Origin: Flaccisagitta enflata
Taxonomy: Eukaryota
Reading direction: 5' to 3'
Assembly: GCA_965153355.1 (NCBI GenBank)
Contig: OZ231126.1
Coordinates: 21,452,001 to 21,516,000, forward strand
Length of the DNA stretch: 64,000 bases
Below, piece after piece: positions 1 to 15,093 of the stretch (within the stretch, counting starts at the first letter, position 1; every line of letters starts with the position of its first letter). Made by a program: the position numbers and the translations under genes. The notes under the pieces are model-generated. The model made no database searches and was not told where the DNA came from. It saw only the letters and a list, made by a program, of their open reading frames with translations.

Positions 1-117
<117 letters not shown>

Positions 118-564
118 CAGACTCTTAGAGGGCCTTTTCGTTTTGCCTCTCATAAAGGTGATCTTAAAGGGACTGAGTTCCCTTTACCAACTTAATACCA
201 AAAAGATTCTGCGTTATGTAAACGAAAAAAAATGTTACTCCGAGTTTGCTCTTTCCTCAGACTCAGTCCACAACCTCGTCCTTTTGACCTCAGGTGCCTT
301 CAATACAGTCTACCTCCTCTGGCTCTACACTTACCCAACTCCTATCCATTTCTAGACTCTCATTTTTTGTTGCGTGCAAGATTTTCATGTTCGTTTCTTC
401 ATCCATCCGTCAATCCCTCTCTGCCCAATTAGAGGAGTGGGCAGTCGGCCATGTTCATGACAAACTGGCGTTTGCCATTGCCCAAATGCAACATTTTACA
501 AATTTCATAGACTGTTTTTGCATCACTGCCCCTCTCCAAACGCCGAAGTGGCGTACTACTGCTC

Positions 565-595
<31 letters not shown>

Positions 596-1065
596 CTCTC
601 TCTTCACAATGAGGCCTACATGATCTTCATTTTTGTCTCTTACAAGGGATCAATGTCTGACGATCTTGTGGAGAGGGTTTCGTGTCCGATCGTAAACGGC
701 CGATACAGTCTTCTCGTCTGATGATGAAACCCACTGTTTTGACATTTTGACATGAAAATCATTTAAACATAGAATAATTCGCATGACGTTATTACCATTG
801 TTTTCACATTTTAACGACGAAGTAACGCGAGTAACGACGAGAGAGGAGTTCTTCAATTGGGGATATTCAAGCTTATGAATGAAGCGGGCGCTGATCTGAT
901 CTCAGTTGCGGTTTACAAAATTTGGGTGCGTTCTCTAGCCAAAGTAAATAAGCTGAATCAACCTCATTTTGCAAGTTATTCGATCGTCTGAATTCCTTAC
1001 TTGACAATTGCAGAATTGAAACCATTGGTAGTCCCTTCTTTAAGTGAGTTGACTCACTGAAAGTT

Positions 1066-1134
<69 letters not shown>

Positions 1135-1136
1135 GC

Positions 1137-1207
<71 letters not shown>

Positions 1208-1229
1208 AAACAAAAACAACAACAACAAC
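1066..1229. repeat. (AAC)n microsatellite
   Basis: Read directly; an opposite-strand (TTG)n tract lies at 23914-24020. Confidence 0.98.
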
Positions 1230-1427
1230 GTATGACACCGACGTAGTGAATCGTGGGTCATCTCCTTTTATGCAATTTCTCTCGCTTTAGTTTTGGTTTT
1301 GTCACGCATTTTTCATATCGTCTTCGCGTAAAAGATTTGGTCATAAATGCACTTGTAATACTAAAACCGACAATAAATCACGGTGATAGGATTTTTGACA
1401 ATAAAACTGGTATCACTATATACGGCG

Positions 1428-1507
<80 letters not shown>

Positions 1508-1684
1508 AAGACAGAGAAAGACAGAGAAAGACAGAGACAGACAGAGACAGACAGAGACAGACAGAGACAGAGGAAAAGCAGGAGAATGTAAAGAGTAGTG
1601 ATAGATAACCGAGAGAGAGAGAAGAGAGAGAGAAAAGAGAGAAAATAGATAGAAACTTGACAACAGAAAGTGAAAGAGAATGAA

Positions 1685-1848
1685 AACAAGGCCGGATACA
1701 CCATCATTTGGGCAGGAGCAGTGAGGCCAAAGACCGCAAAAAAAAACAAAAAAAGTAAAGTGTGACGGACCAACGGACAGACGGACGGACGGACGGACGG
1801 ACGGACCGACAAAGCGGGTTGTAGAGTCGCGTAGCACGCGACTAAAAA
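1685..1848 (-). mobile_element. HINE family A (internally deleted)
   Basis: AACAAGGCCGGATACAC ... (GACG)n ... GTAGAGTCGCGTAGCACGCGACTAAAAA. Confidence 0.8.
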
Positions 1849-2202
1849 GATAGAGAGAGAAAGAAAGAGAAAGAAAGAGAAAGAGAGAGAAAAAGAAAGA
1901 AAGAAAGAAAGAAAGGAAGAAAGAAAGAAAGAGAGAAGGAAAAAAAGAAAGAACGAAAGAAAGAAAAAAAAAGAGAGTAGGGAAAAGAAAGGGAAAGAGC
2001 ATATATCTAAAGAAGAAAAAAAGAAGAGAAGGGAGAAAAAACCACCCCGATGCGTTTATGATATCAGTTTTATTGAAGAGCTGCAAAATGATGATTAACA
2101 GCGTTTACTAAGATGTTGGTATTGAGTCTCCATGTTTCAAGCGCTCCTCGTAAACATTTACTGCCGGGCCATAATACTAAAAAGATACCTCCCCGGCCCC
2201 TT

Positions 2203-2275
<73 letters not shown>

Positions 2276-3519
2276 GGCAAACCAGGCAGAGAAAAGGGGG
2301 AAAGGAGAAAGACAGAATCAAAAACCTAGACCAAAGGACAGACATTTTATATGTATGCAGGAAAAACGACTTAGGAGGAGAACGGCCATTGTGCTCATTT
2401 TTTTTTTTCTTCTCTCTCCCATCTTCCTTCCTCTCCTTTCCTTCCGTTCCTTTCCCTTCTTTGCTTTGTTCCGCTAGTTTTCACTCTCTCACATTGCGTA
2501 ATATATAAAAGAACAAATCTTAAAACGAAATTTCTCAACTTTTATTCTCTCTCTATTATAACCTCTTCTTTTTTTAGTTTTTCCTCTGATTTATGGGAGA
2601 AAGCCATATTTTTCGAGAAGGAGAGATGGAGAGGCGAAGCTTGAGAAAGGAGAAAGGAGATGAGGATTTGGCTCGTTGAAATCCAAGGGGAGAAGGCAGC
2701 GGAAGAGGAATAACGGAAGAGGAGGTGGAGGAGGAAGAGCGTTGCGCACCCCGCACCAAAGCGCCCTCTTTTTTTATGTGTTTCTCTTTTCTCCTTCACT
2801 TTTTGAGCGATGCCTTGAAAGACGCGGCGCGGAGAAGAACCACCATCAGCAGCTGCAGCAGCGATGGAATCACGCTGCTGAAACTTGCAGCTGTTGGAAT
2901 TTGGTTTCAATGTTGATGTTGGAATCTCTCCATTCTTTCCTTCTTTTTTTTTTCTATCAAGAAGAGAGAGAGAGAGGGGGGAAAGAGAGGCAACTGCTGC
3001 AATCTGGTTGAGTTTGTTCTTTGCCTTCATTCGTTCTCTCTGTCCTTCTGTCAAAGTCTTGATTCTTCACGTCGTTCTCAGATCAGTTCTTTATATTTTC
3101 TTTCTCCTGATTGAATAGAAGCACGACTTTTTGGCTCAACTGATTCGGTTTGTTAGTCAGTAATGAGACATGACGCACGGACTAATTTTTATACAGATTC
3201 TTGGGCGTACCTTAAGAGAAAATAAGAAAGAAAAAAAGAGCAATGATCCATGTATATAAGCTGAAACAAACGAACACAGAACACTAGCAAACAACTAAGA
3301 GAGTGGTAAAGAGGTGACAACAGAAAACCAACCAACAAACTAACAGACTTGCTAAATGGGAAACAGACCAAAAATGTTCTGATTGGTTTGTTGAAAACGT
3401 TAATCATTCAGTTCAGAGAAAAGATGGAGAACAACTAGCAAGCTAGCCAAGTCTCATATCAACCCTAGCTGTTGGCTTTGGGATGTTCAATTTCCAATTT
3501 CCTGTCCTTTGCTTTCTTG

Positions 3520-3711
3520 TTTTTAGTCGTATGCAACGCGACTCTACACCCCGACTATGTCGGCCCGTTGGTTAGGCACGCTTAACATTCTCTATGTTTT
3601 TGCGGTCTTTGACCTCATCGCTCCAGCCCAAATGCTCTAGTGACCTCAAATACAGCCCCTACGGCCTACCCGCCCACACGCGACTGGGGTAGCCGTGTAT
3701 TTGGTCTTGTT
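3520..3711 (+). mobile_element. HINE family A (diverged)
   Basis: TTTTTAGTCGTATGCAACGCGACTCTACA ... CACGCGACTGGGGTAGCCGTGTATTTGGTCTTGTT. Confidence 0.75.
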
Positions 3712-4015
3712 CTATGCACTTATGCGTTGTCGAGCATTGCGATGCTTCGCCAGGCTTTGGTGTAGTTTGCCATGTTTTGTTGTGGTCCACTGTTCTTCAT
3801 CGTGCTTTGCCTAGGCTTGTCGTGGTTATCCATGCTGCGCCGCACTCAGCAGTTAACTTTATTTTCTCCTTTGGCAAGATGTTATATCATTTGGCATGAC
3901 GAACAAATTTTGGCGTGACTCAGCGGACTTTTTTTTTCGCCTTTCAGTTTTCTTTTAGTCACGGCTTTGGGAGAAAAAGAAAAAACAAATGATCAAATGA
4001 CAACAATAACCAACT

Positions 4016-4148
<133 letters not shown>

Positions 4149-4690
4149 GACTCACAGCACACACACAACTGACACAACTCACAACTTGTGTTTTTTAGCT
4201 TTTGAGGTACAGCGCGAAGTAAAAAAAAAGACGCACCTTTGTACTTGTTAATGAAACAGATTCAAGAACATTCATCCGGGGCGATGGAACGTCCGTCTGT
4301 TCATAAGCGTATCTGTTTCTTCATTTGATTCTTTCTAAATCATACAAATGACGTATCGCCATCGGCAGTGATTGGGGTAATTTTCCTCATTTATAGGATA
4401 AAGAAAGATATTCAAACAAAGTTACAGACAAAAACAAATGATCAGTTTCATATTATTAGTAAGTTGAGAGACCAAAATAATCCTTTCATCGAAAAAAAAG
4501 AAAAACTAATTTTCCTTCATCTCTTTACTCATCCATTCTATGCTATTTCATTTTATTTATAGTATCTTCTTTTTTTCTCTCTCAATTATTTTCTCTTTTT
4601 TTCCTCTGCCTATAGTCTATTCTGTGATGTCCATTTTGTTTGTACATTTTTGCATTTTTTGATGTTTTTACTTTTTACTGTTTATAGGTA

Positions 4691-4877
4691 AACAAGGCCG
4701 TATACACGGCTACCAAAGTTGCGTGCGGATGGGCAGGGGCAGTGATAAAAAAGGCCAACCCAAGCATTTGGGCAGGAGCGGTAATGCAAAACCGCTCGTT
4801 AATGCTGAAAAAGTTAAGGGCCTCCGACCGACCAACCAACATAGCGGGTTATAGAGCCTCGGGCACGCGACTGAAAA
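4691..4877 (-). mobile_element. HINE family A variant
   Basis: AACAAGGCCGTATACACGGC ... GCACGCGACTGAAAA. Confidence 0.75.
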
Positions 4878-6061
4878 CGACTTTGGAGGTATTCAATAAT
4901 ACTGCCGAAACGGGCGGATATCGGAAGCGGATCCCAGACTCTACGCATTGGACTTACCCGGATGTGTACATTTATTCCGCCTTTTACTTTGTTTTAGTTA
5001 GACAGATTGTCACTTATATATATGACCGATAAACACAGTCTGAGACAAATATAAACTGGATCCGATATTGAATTGGATCTGCATAAAATTGATCTGACAA
5101 TTATGATCCGGTTGCTCCTTTCAGTCATGTGTGCATAAATTAATACTTAACTTCATCATTTGATCAGTCAGTTGTTCCGTCGTTACTTGGTAGTGGTTCG
5201 CCCGTCTGTCAGTTAGCCGATATGTCACGTCTTAATCATCCCTCGCTACGCAGCAATGAAAAATGTGGAAGAGGGTCTTGTGAGCCCCCACTGACTACGT
5301 AGTTACTGCGCGCTCCACTCCTATTCCTCCATTTAGTGAAACATAATAAGCAAACATCCATTTTGAGTCTAACCCCTGACTGAAAAAGAAAGAATCGAGA
5401 TGTCAACTGTTTACCTGTGTAATTATGCGCCCCATAATGTATAAGACAGAAAATTTATGAAGAAAAATGGAGTGTTTCACCATACTTTTTGTATTATTAT
5501 CAGGACAATAATGAAGCTGGAATGCTTTAAGTGGACAAATTGTCTCTAAGAACACTTGGTGCATACATTTTTATCATATTTTGACTTAAAACGTAATTTG
5601 AACTATGCGATTTACATGAAAATAAGCATAAAAATGATGTTTTTTAGTGAATTTCTGCTTCCACTTTTTTTCATTTTCTGTGGTCGAAATTCTAAGAAAG
5701 CCAAACACAGGGAAATTTTGCATTTTAAAAAACATAGTTCTCTCTGTAATCGATTTGGGAAGAGAACTATGTTCTTTGTTTTTTCATTTTTTCATTTCCT
5801 ATGCAAATTTAAAATTTCGACCAGCCCCTTGTCAGAGACCAAAAATAGAATAAGTATAAATTTTCAAAACAATTTTTTTGGTAACATTGGCTAAACTTGG
5901 TCCTCTTGCTAAGTTAATACAATTTTTTCTTTTAAATATGATGTCTGAGCTATCTCAATCACTTTTATTCATTTATTTTTACATTTTGATTTATACATTT
6001 TTTCTATGTTGACCTTCTTTGAAACACAAATGTTGCCTTCGGAGGGAAACCGTCATAACAG

Positions 6062-6680
6062 AATAGTCGCAAAAGCGTTAGATGGTCAGCGGTACCCGTT
6101 GCCCCTAAGTGAAGTGTATGAGGGTGTGAGTTGGTGAGAGGGGCAGCGGCCCCGAAGGAGCCGATGACCTATGCTGTTTTTATTTGAGCCTGGAGGCTGG
6201 AATTGGGGCCTTGAAGCGGGGATTTGAGCTCAAAGGCGGGGATTTGAGCCTCATGGCTGAGATTTGAACCTCGAGACTGAGATTTGAGCCTCAAGATTGG
6301 GATTTGAGCCTCAAGGCTGGGATTTGGGCCTTGAGGCTGGGATTTGGGCTTTGAGGCTAGGATTTGGGCCTTGAGGCTGGGATTTGGGCTTTGAGGCTGG
6401 GATTTGGGCCCCGAGGCTGAGATTTGGCAAATGAGGCTGAGATTTGGGCCTCGAGGTTAAGACTTGGGCCTCAAGGCTTGGATTTGGGCCTCAAGGCTTG
6501 GATTTGGGCCTTGAGGCTTAGATTTGGGTTATGAGGCTAAGATTTAGGCCTCCAGGCTGGAATTTGGGTCTCAAGTCTGAAAGCGAGGGGGGGGGTACGA
6601 AGAAGGAGAAGGAGGAGAAGGAGAAATTTCTGCTGTGTGAAAGCATAGGTCATCGGCCCCTTCGGGGCCGCTGCCCAAAA
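6062..6680 (-). mobile_element. HINE-like family B with an internal 20-bp tandem array
   Basis: ~35-bp subterminal inverted repeats (GGGCAGCGGCCCCGAAGG.GCCGATGACCTATGCT) placed asymmetrically, an array of GGGATTTGGGCCTCGAGGCT-type units and a terminal CGCAAAAGCG hairpin. Confidence 0.8.
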
Positions 6681-6689
6681 ACGTGAGAT

Positions 6690-6946
6690 CAAACCCCGAG
6701 CCAAACCAGAGCCAACCCCAAGCAATCCCGAGCAACCCCAAGCAACCCCGGGGTTACTCGAGGTTGCTCGAGCTAGCTCAGGGTTGGCTCGGGGTTGGCT
6801 CAGAAGTAAATAGTTGAAGGATTTCTGTCAACCCCAAGCAAACCCCGAGCAAATCCTGAGCAACCCAGAGCAAACACCGAGCTTGGGTTGCTCGGGGTTT
6901 ACTTGGGGTTCAACCCCAAGCAACCCCGAGTAACCCCCGGGGTTTA
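6690..6946. repeat. Decamer (AACCCCGAGC)n repeat with repeated orientation switches
   Basis: Forward units flip to GCTCGGGGTT units at AACCCCGGGGTT palindromes. Confidence 0.85.
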
Positions 6947-7423
6947 ATATCACCCCAGATTACGGGGTAGGCTGTGTACCATTGGCCTGTGCTTTTACGT
7001 TCTGTCAGTCTATGACTGAAAAGGAATGGAATTGGGAAACCACAATCTGCGTCATAAGGTTTCAATCTGAACTTTTCCTTATTTCCCCTTTCGAATCTGT
7101 TTTGATTATCAAGTGATTGAATAAGGGATTTACGGCCCAAACACAGATATGAAAAAAAAAAAGGATTTTAAGGCGAAATTGTTATAGCTCATTCCGCAGT
7201 GAAAAGAAGTAAAGGGGGAAGTGTTACAGCCCTTTTAGGCAATGAAAGAAGTAAAGGAGGAAGTGTTACAGCCCATGCAGCAATGAACAGAAGTTGAACG
7301 ACGGCGATAATCATTCTTTTTTACGAAGGAGGGGGACTCTTTAGCACCAAATAAAGTTGCCAAGGAGCAATACCAAGAAGACGACAACGAAAACGACCGA
7401 AACGACGATGGGGAAAGGAAGGA

Positions 7424-7709
<286 letters not shown>

Positions 7710-8039
7710 TAATGGACTGGTGCAAGGTCACATATTCACCCCCTGAGTAAAAGGGAACAGTGCACATACTGAAAGTATTTACGAACGGACTAGTCGACTG
7801 TGACATATTTCTGTAACCAGATAAAATAGTAACTTCTTTATGTACTCTGCGATGCAAAAAGGATAACTCTGGTCCAAGGCTCGAAACTTAAACGTCGAAG
7901 AAAGGCACAGTCATGGCCATAGGGGCTCTTCTTTATGTTGGACCTCCTTTTTCGATCACGCCCTATCGCGGTGCCACGCGGTGCACCGCGGTGCCATAAC
8001 CCTAAAATCCGTGTCCGATGCCCGGCGAGGGAAGGAAGG

Positions 8040-8092
<53 letters not shown>

Positions 8093-8227
8093 CCTACATT
8101 ATAGGAAGCCAAAATGGAAGCCAAACTGAGCCACAGTGGAGTCTAGATGAATATGGGTTGAAGAGCGAGCGAGCGAGCGTGCTGACTTGTATGGGTAGGT
8201 CAATTTTATGAAGGAGAATTGATATCA

Positions 8228-8439
8228 TTTTTAGTCGCGTGCACGCGACTCTACACCGTCCGCTTTGTCCGTCTTTTGGTCGGTCTGTCGGTCCATCACA
8301 CTTTTACTTTTTTTACCAATTTCATTTCTTTAAGTCATTTAAAGTCATCTAAGAGTATACTGAGTCATTCTAAGTCATTCTAAGTCATTCTAAGTCAATC
8401 TGTAAGTCTCGCACGCGACTTATACGTGTTGGCTTTGTT
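8228..8439 (+). mobile_element. HINE family A, decamer-array subfamily
   Basis: Perfect palindrome AGTCGCGTGCACGCGACT, a short (TAAGTCATTC)n array and a 3' GCACGCGACTTATACGTGTTGGCTTTGTT. Confidence 0.8.
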
Positions 8440-11400
8440 TTAAAGAAATTCCCTTTGAAATTTTCATAAAATGTGTCAAAATTTTTCAAATTCTTTATAT
8501 TTTCCCTACAGATGTGTTGCTTGCATATCTGTTAAACATTTTATTCAAAATTCATATTTCTGGTAAAATCTTCAGCCATTTGATAGGTCGCGCTGGTTGG
8601 GCAGATGCAGTGCCACAGTATTAAAAAACTACAGTGCAACCGTATTTCAAACTTACATACCTTATCATGACCTATTACACTATAAAAAGACGAAGAAAGA
8701 CTACATTTTCATTTTTTGACTGACGGATGGACCAACCAACGGACCGACATAGCAAGATGCAGAGTCGTGTGTCATTAAAAACACAAACACGTGCAACGGA
8801 TAGGGCGGCCAACCAATACTATCGAGTAGATACACAATCATGTATGCACGCAACCTTTTACGAAGTTCATACAATCCACATTGCGTAAGCATGCGCCGTC
8901 AAAGAAAGGAAAAAGTGTTGACCCACTGAAACTAGCGCATTAAAACATTCGCAGCATATTCATTGGGACATGGCTATACAAAATTGTAATAAAGTAAAAA
9001 GATTTGAAATTCAAAATCAAAATCATCTAGTTTTGAGACAGTAAAACTTTCTGGTCGCATGATACGCGACTCTCCACCCATCTTTGTCCATCTTTGTCCA
9101 TTAGTCTGTAGGTCTGTCACATTTTACCTTTTCAGGTTTTTGCAGTCTTTGGCCTCACTGCTACTCCCCAAATACTCAAGTAACCTCAAACACAGCCCCT
9201 GCCAACCCGCAAGCGACTGGGGTAGCCGTGTATCCAACCTTATTTAAAGATATTGGAGGTTTTGCGCAAAGTTTTTGGTAAAGTGCATGTCATTCATGAT
9301 CATAAATGACTACATGTTTCTGTTTTGGTTGATCAATTAGTCAATCAGTGTATAATATTACTTCATTTCAAGCTTTTCCTTTTTTAAGCAGCCCATGTTG
9401 CTCCTACTAAGCTGGGTAAGAATATAGTTTTCTCCAACAATTTCTTTTTTTGTTTTTCTATCTTTTATTATTACGACCTCAATAATTTTGCGACAGGTGT
9501 TGGCGGCATTTAACAACGGGAAATTTGCAAATTTCATTTTTTTGGCGGCGTTTTTGATGTATTGATACCAGAGTAGCAGGTGTCGAACCGGGACATCCCT
9601 CAGGTGTCTTTTTGGGGGGCAACTTTAAGTATGCATTTGTATGCATATTATGCAAATAAACATCGAGCAAATTGCATTTTTAGTCGTAACTCACGCGTTA
9701 TATGTATTCGGCGCGTGTCCAACACAAAAAAAAGATCAAATGGTCTGCATTCACAAATTGCCGAACAAAAGGAATAAACTGAAGATGTAAGTGCTTTTAT
9801 TCAAAAATTGAATGGGGGTATATAAAGAGACAGGTGAGTCATCAGGCAATGTTACATCGTCTTTTGTGCATTTCCGAGTAATTCCTTCCACGCTGGAAAA
9901 TTTTTTACCGCGAGCCAAATAACAGCAACGATCTCACATCTAAACTTTTGATAGAAATGAAAAAAAGACAATGAAAGAATATTCATCTATGTGGCCAATT
10001 TACCATAGATAGATGACCACTGACCAGTCTCACAAAGATGGGGCATCTAGAAACACTTGTTTTGCATGATGACTTTTTTAAAGACCTTATCATCACTCGT
10101 CGAAATCACACACATCTGTGAAAAGAAATGAAAATTGAGTGGAGTGCCCATTTCTCCACAGGTTCATCTTCTCCATCACCCCCTTCCACTTTTTCAGTCT
10201 CAGCATCAAATAACCTCTGTGTAGTGGCTTTCCACTTTTCCAGTCTCAGCATCAAGTAACCCCTGTGTAGTGGCATCACATAACCCCTGTGTAGTGGCAT
10301 CACATAAACTCTGGGTAATGGCTTTTTTCATATCCTCGCATAGTCACACTTTCATCCATGTTCGTGTCTTTGATTTCCTTGGATCTCAACTTACGCAGTA
10401 GCTGCTGCAAGACATGGCTTTTGCACCTTTCTGGGCAGCGGCCCCAAGGGGCCAATGTGCTGTTGGACACAGGGGTGACTTTCCATAAGTCTGTACATAC
10501 ATTCGTCCTTCCGTCCGTACTACCCCCAAAAGCTTCTCAAGCCTCAAATTCCCATTGAATAACATTGATAACTGACAAAATGATAACTTCCCATTGAATA
10601 ACATGGAAAATTTACAAAAAAAAAACAAAAAAAAAAAATGTATATATACCATTGAAGAACATGTAAATTGACGAAAATTGAAAAAAATTTGAAATTCCCG
10701 TTGAATAACATGGCATATTGACGAAAAATTAAAAAAAAAAGCATAATTCCTATTGAACAGTATTAATTTCAAAACGGCCTTCTAAGACTTAAATTAGCCT
10801 TCTGCGGCGCAGGATGTCCGGAGATTAACTTCTGTGGTCTTCAGGACATCAGCCGCTGCCCTGCTCTCGCTTCACTTCTTCATTTAACTCGCTATTCTGC
10901 ATATCGTGAGGACATCTGCATCCTTGAGTTCCTGTATCCTAATGGCCTCGTATATCTCATACTCAACCTGTATCCCTGTATCCTTGAGCCGCCGCATCTT
11001 CTGTACCGTGCCTCCGCATCTTCACTCTCTCATGATTCATCATTCCCGCGTCCTCATGTCTCTGCGCTACTAATGCTGCCTCCGTAGCCCTGGTTCTCTG
11101 CCTCCAAATAATATCTCATCCATTCTACCGCGTCCATCTTCCTCAATTTTCCTTCTGCGTCCTCTTGTTTCTGTATTCCTTTACCCCACATTTGCATCTC
11201 CGCATCCAAACGTTTCTGAATTCCCTCTCTCTTTTCATCTATCAGTAGCGACCGGTCACGACGCTCAGCAAGGTCGTGTAAAAAAATCGTTGAAAAACGC
11301 GAAATTTCTGCGCCAAAGATAGCTTAAATATGAGATAAAGAGTGTTGATTGTCAGGCAATGAGCTATCATCATTGCAAATATGCTAAAGCATGTCAGATT

Positions 11401-13134
11401 ACATCATATAGCATCAAGAAATCATAAAACCCCGGGAGAAAAATGGTTATTGCGATCCACGGAAACTAACAAAATAGACCTCAACTTTGATGAAACGGGA
11501 AGGGATCTTATTGTTTTTCGCTTCACGAAGTTCAGATATATATGAAAGAGTAGACCAAGAAGGACCTACATCTCAAATTTCATCAAAATCGGTCAATGCG
11601 CTCACCTCCTACCATGCATGCATTTGTTACGTTTGTTTTAGTAAAAATGGCTGCCTCGCGGTGGTTGATTTTCTTGCGCACGGAAAGGTTATGGCGCTGC
11701 AGCCAATAGGGTAAGTCAAACAAAAAACTCAATACTTCATAGATTGTTTTTAATTCCAACAAAATATTTAGTGCAGCATATCGTTCGAAAGCTCTTGACA
11801 TAATAAACATGATTATGTGCATGTATAAAGTCGAATCGGAAAAATTAAAGATATATATCAAAATCATCAATTTCTTGATGTTAAGCTTGCATGGCCGGAT
11901 CTGCATTGGAATTCCTAAAAAGTATGACACCATCGTAAACACAAGGTCATAGTGCTAACACTATCAAGAAATTATCTTGATGCTCCTTATTTGGTATAAA
12001 TGAACTGTAATTCAAAAATCATAAAAAAGAAAAAAATCCTGTCTTCGATTATATTGCAAATTTTAAAGCCCCTCACATTCAAACTACGGACACGTGACTC
12101 TCTAGGCCACTTCTTGTCAATCCATAGGTCAGTTGGTTCATTCATTCGTCCGTCCGTCTGTCCATCCATCTATGCGTCTGCGTTTCTCGGCTGTTTTGGC
12201 CGAATGAGATCATATACTGGGTCTGTTTCTATTTTCAACAAGAATCTCAAGTGATTCCGTGAAACTCGTTTTTAGCGTAAACACATATTCATGAATTTCA
12301 GCTGTCCCCACAAAGAAGAGATAGCTTAGTGGGTGACAGTATTACAGAGCGAAGCTTATTACCGCGTTAGTGAGGAACAAAATGTGGCGGCGACGCCGTT
12401 AACATGGCCATGGCGGATGCGCCAGCTGCCCCAGTGCAAGCACTGAGTGGGGCAGTGATAGAAGGGATATCAGTGATGCATTTGGGCAGGAGCAGTTAGA
12501 CTAAATATCTAAAAACTATAAAGAAAGTATTAACCAGCCAAAAAAAAAAAGTAGACTATCAATTTTTATCATTTAATTGAAAACCAGTCACACTTTTTGC
12601 TTGAAATCTATGAGCTTTTTAAAGAACTTCAAAAATTCTGCAAATCTAGACCAAGCAGAAATTTGTGACTCAATTCGTTTAGAAATGACATAAGATTGAA
12701 GTTCAACACTCATTTTTCAAAATACCAATAAGAGCAGATTTCATCATTCTTGAACAAGGCACTATTTTACTTCCTTTTTCTGTAGAAGGAAGTAAGGAAA
12801 TAAATGGAATAAAATTTAAGGTAAAAATGAAGTATTTTTAATTCTCTACAAGATGAAACCAAGCAAAATTCTTGATTCCGCTTCGTTTAAAGGCTGTATT
12901 AATTCAAAGTTGGTTACTCTAAAAACATTTCTAACTATATTCGAGATTTTTGAGTAGTTATCTTTAGAATATTATAACTTCTAAAATTCTTCTAAAATTT
13001 TGGAGCTAGAATGTTCAGAAAGAGCTCAAATGAAAGATCTTTCAAAGCTCTTTAAAACCATCATAGATTTTAAAGGTTTGCAATTTTTAGTTACCAAGCA
13101 ATCAAAACATTGCGTCTACTTTTTTTTTGCCATG

Positions 13135-13620
13135 GTTAGTCATAAAAGCGTTAGATGGTCAGCAATTCCCGTTGCCCCTAAGTGAGTGGCTGTGGGTGTG
13201 AGGTGGTTAGAGGGGCAGCGGCCCCAAAGGGGCCGATGACCTATGCTGTTTTTATTTGAGCCCCAAGGCTGGAATTAGGGCCTGGAGGCTGGAATTAAGG
13301 CCCCTTGAGACTGGGATTTGAGCCCAAGAGGCTGGGATTTGAGCCTCAAGGCTGGGATTTGAGCTTACTCAGGCTGGGGTTGACCTCAGGCTGGATTTGA
13401 GCCTCAAGGCTGGGATTTGAGTCTTGAGGCTGGATTTTGAGTCTTGAGGCTGGATTTTGAGTCTTGAGGCTGGTTTTGAGCCTCGAGGCTGGGATTTGAG
13501 CCTCGGGGCAGGATTTTAGCATCAAAGCTGGTTTGAGCCTTGAGGCTAGGATTTGAGCCCTCAAGGACAGGAGGGAAGGAGGAGGAAGAAATTTCTATGT
13601 GTGAAAGCATAGGTCATAGC
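13135..13620 (-). mobile_element. HINE-like family B, 5'-truncated
   Basis: Collinear with 6062-6680; 19-20-bp array. Confidence 0.75.
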
Positions 13621-14302
13621 TCAGGGCCACTTTCTTTGAAGGTTAATGACCGCGGACGAACAAAAAAAAACATGATGTGCTGAATGCGTAGTATTCCTGA
13701 AGCTGTGATTGTCTGAAGTAGAAACAAGTGCGGGGTCACAATGTTGTTTGCCGGACAGGTGGACAGGGTATCCAACCCAGATTCACACATCAACTCCTTC
13801 CCACCACACAAACATACACAAAGTATCCAGGCAGTCGTTTTCCACTTTTGACTCAATCATTACGGATGGATGGACGGACAAACACAGATATAGAGTATTG
13901 TTTGTGTGTGAGGGGTGTTGGGGGGTGGTTGGGGTGAGGCTGGGGGTGGGATGCCCCTGCCCACCTCTCCGCAACGACATAGTGACCCCGCGTTCACTTG
14001 TTCACAAAAGTCACAATCATCAAGAGCAGATTGCGCATAGCTACATATTTGTACTTCTCTATCTTTGTCTCATCTCCCTACGTTAATTGTAGCAGTGATG
14101 GCGTACTCGCTATTTTTTACTGTTCTTGTAAGCGTAAGCGTTTACATGATTTCTGTGTACTCTAGAGTAGCGTGTCCGCGACTAAAAACAAATAGTACAT
14201 AAAACTTCGTATCTATGGAAGAGGCAAAATTCCCGTGAATCCGGCCTAGTTTCTTTTACGCACAGACATGTGCGCGCGCACACACACCACACACACAGTC
14301 AC

Positions 14303-14477
14303 ACAAGCGGGTGGAAGCGGTAGTTTGAGCATGGAAGCGGAAGCGGAAGCGGAAGCGCAATTTTGAAATCAAGTGGAAGCGGAAGCGGAAGCGAAAACTT
14401 TTTTTGATACCTAATGTAAGCAGAAGCAGAAGCGAAAGGACATAATCAAGCGCATCCGCTTCCACTTCAAATCCTGA
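14303..14477. mobile_element. Degenerate MITE with (GGAAGC)n subterminal repeats, possibly hAT-derived
   Basis: GTGGAAGCGG at the left and CCGCTTCCAC...CCTG at the right. No TSD confirmed. Confidence 0.45.
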
Positions 14478-14712
14478 CAATATTTTGACAATAATCGTGT
14501 CAGTTTTTATGATACTTATTTTAGTATAATTTATTCATTTTTTTTGTTTTTTTTTCTTCTCTTGGTGTTATTATTATTTTTTTATTGCTTTTGTATATTT
14601 TTCCTTCATCTGTTTGTCTGTTGGTCTATCTTTTTATTCATTTTTCGCTTTACCTGACTTTTTTCTGTCTGTTTGTCTCTTTTTTTTTTCTCTCTCTCTC
14701 TCTCTCGCTGTT

Positions 14713-15045
<333 letters not shown>

Positions 15046-15093
15046 ATTTATTCACAATTGATTGGTTAATTGGAAAGGAGCAAGACTCATACA

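Noticed and set aside
2542-3054. 170-aa minus-strand ORF as a gene
   Set aside because: It runs through simple repeats and has no recognisable domain or convincing splice structure; it could be UTR-like DNA.
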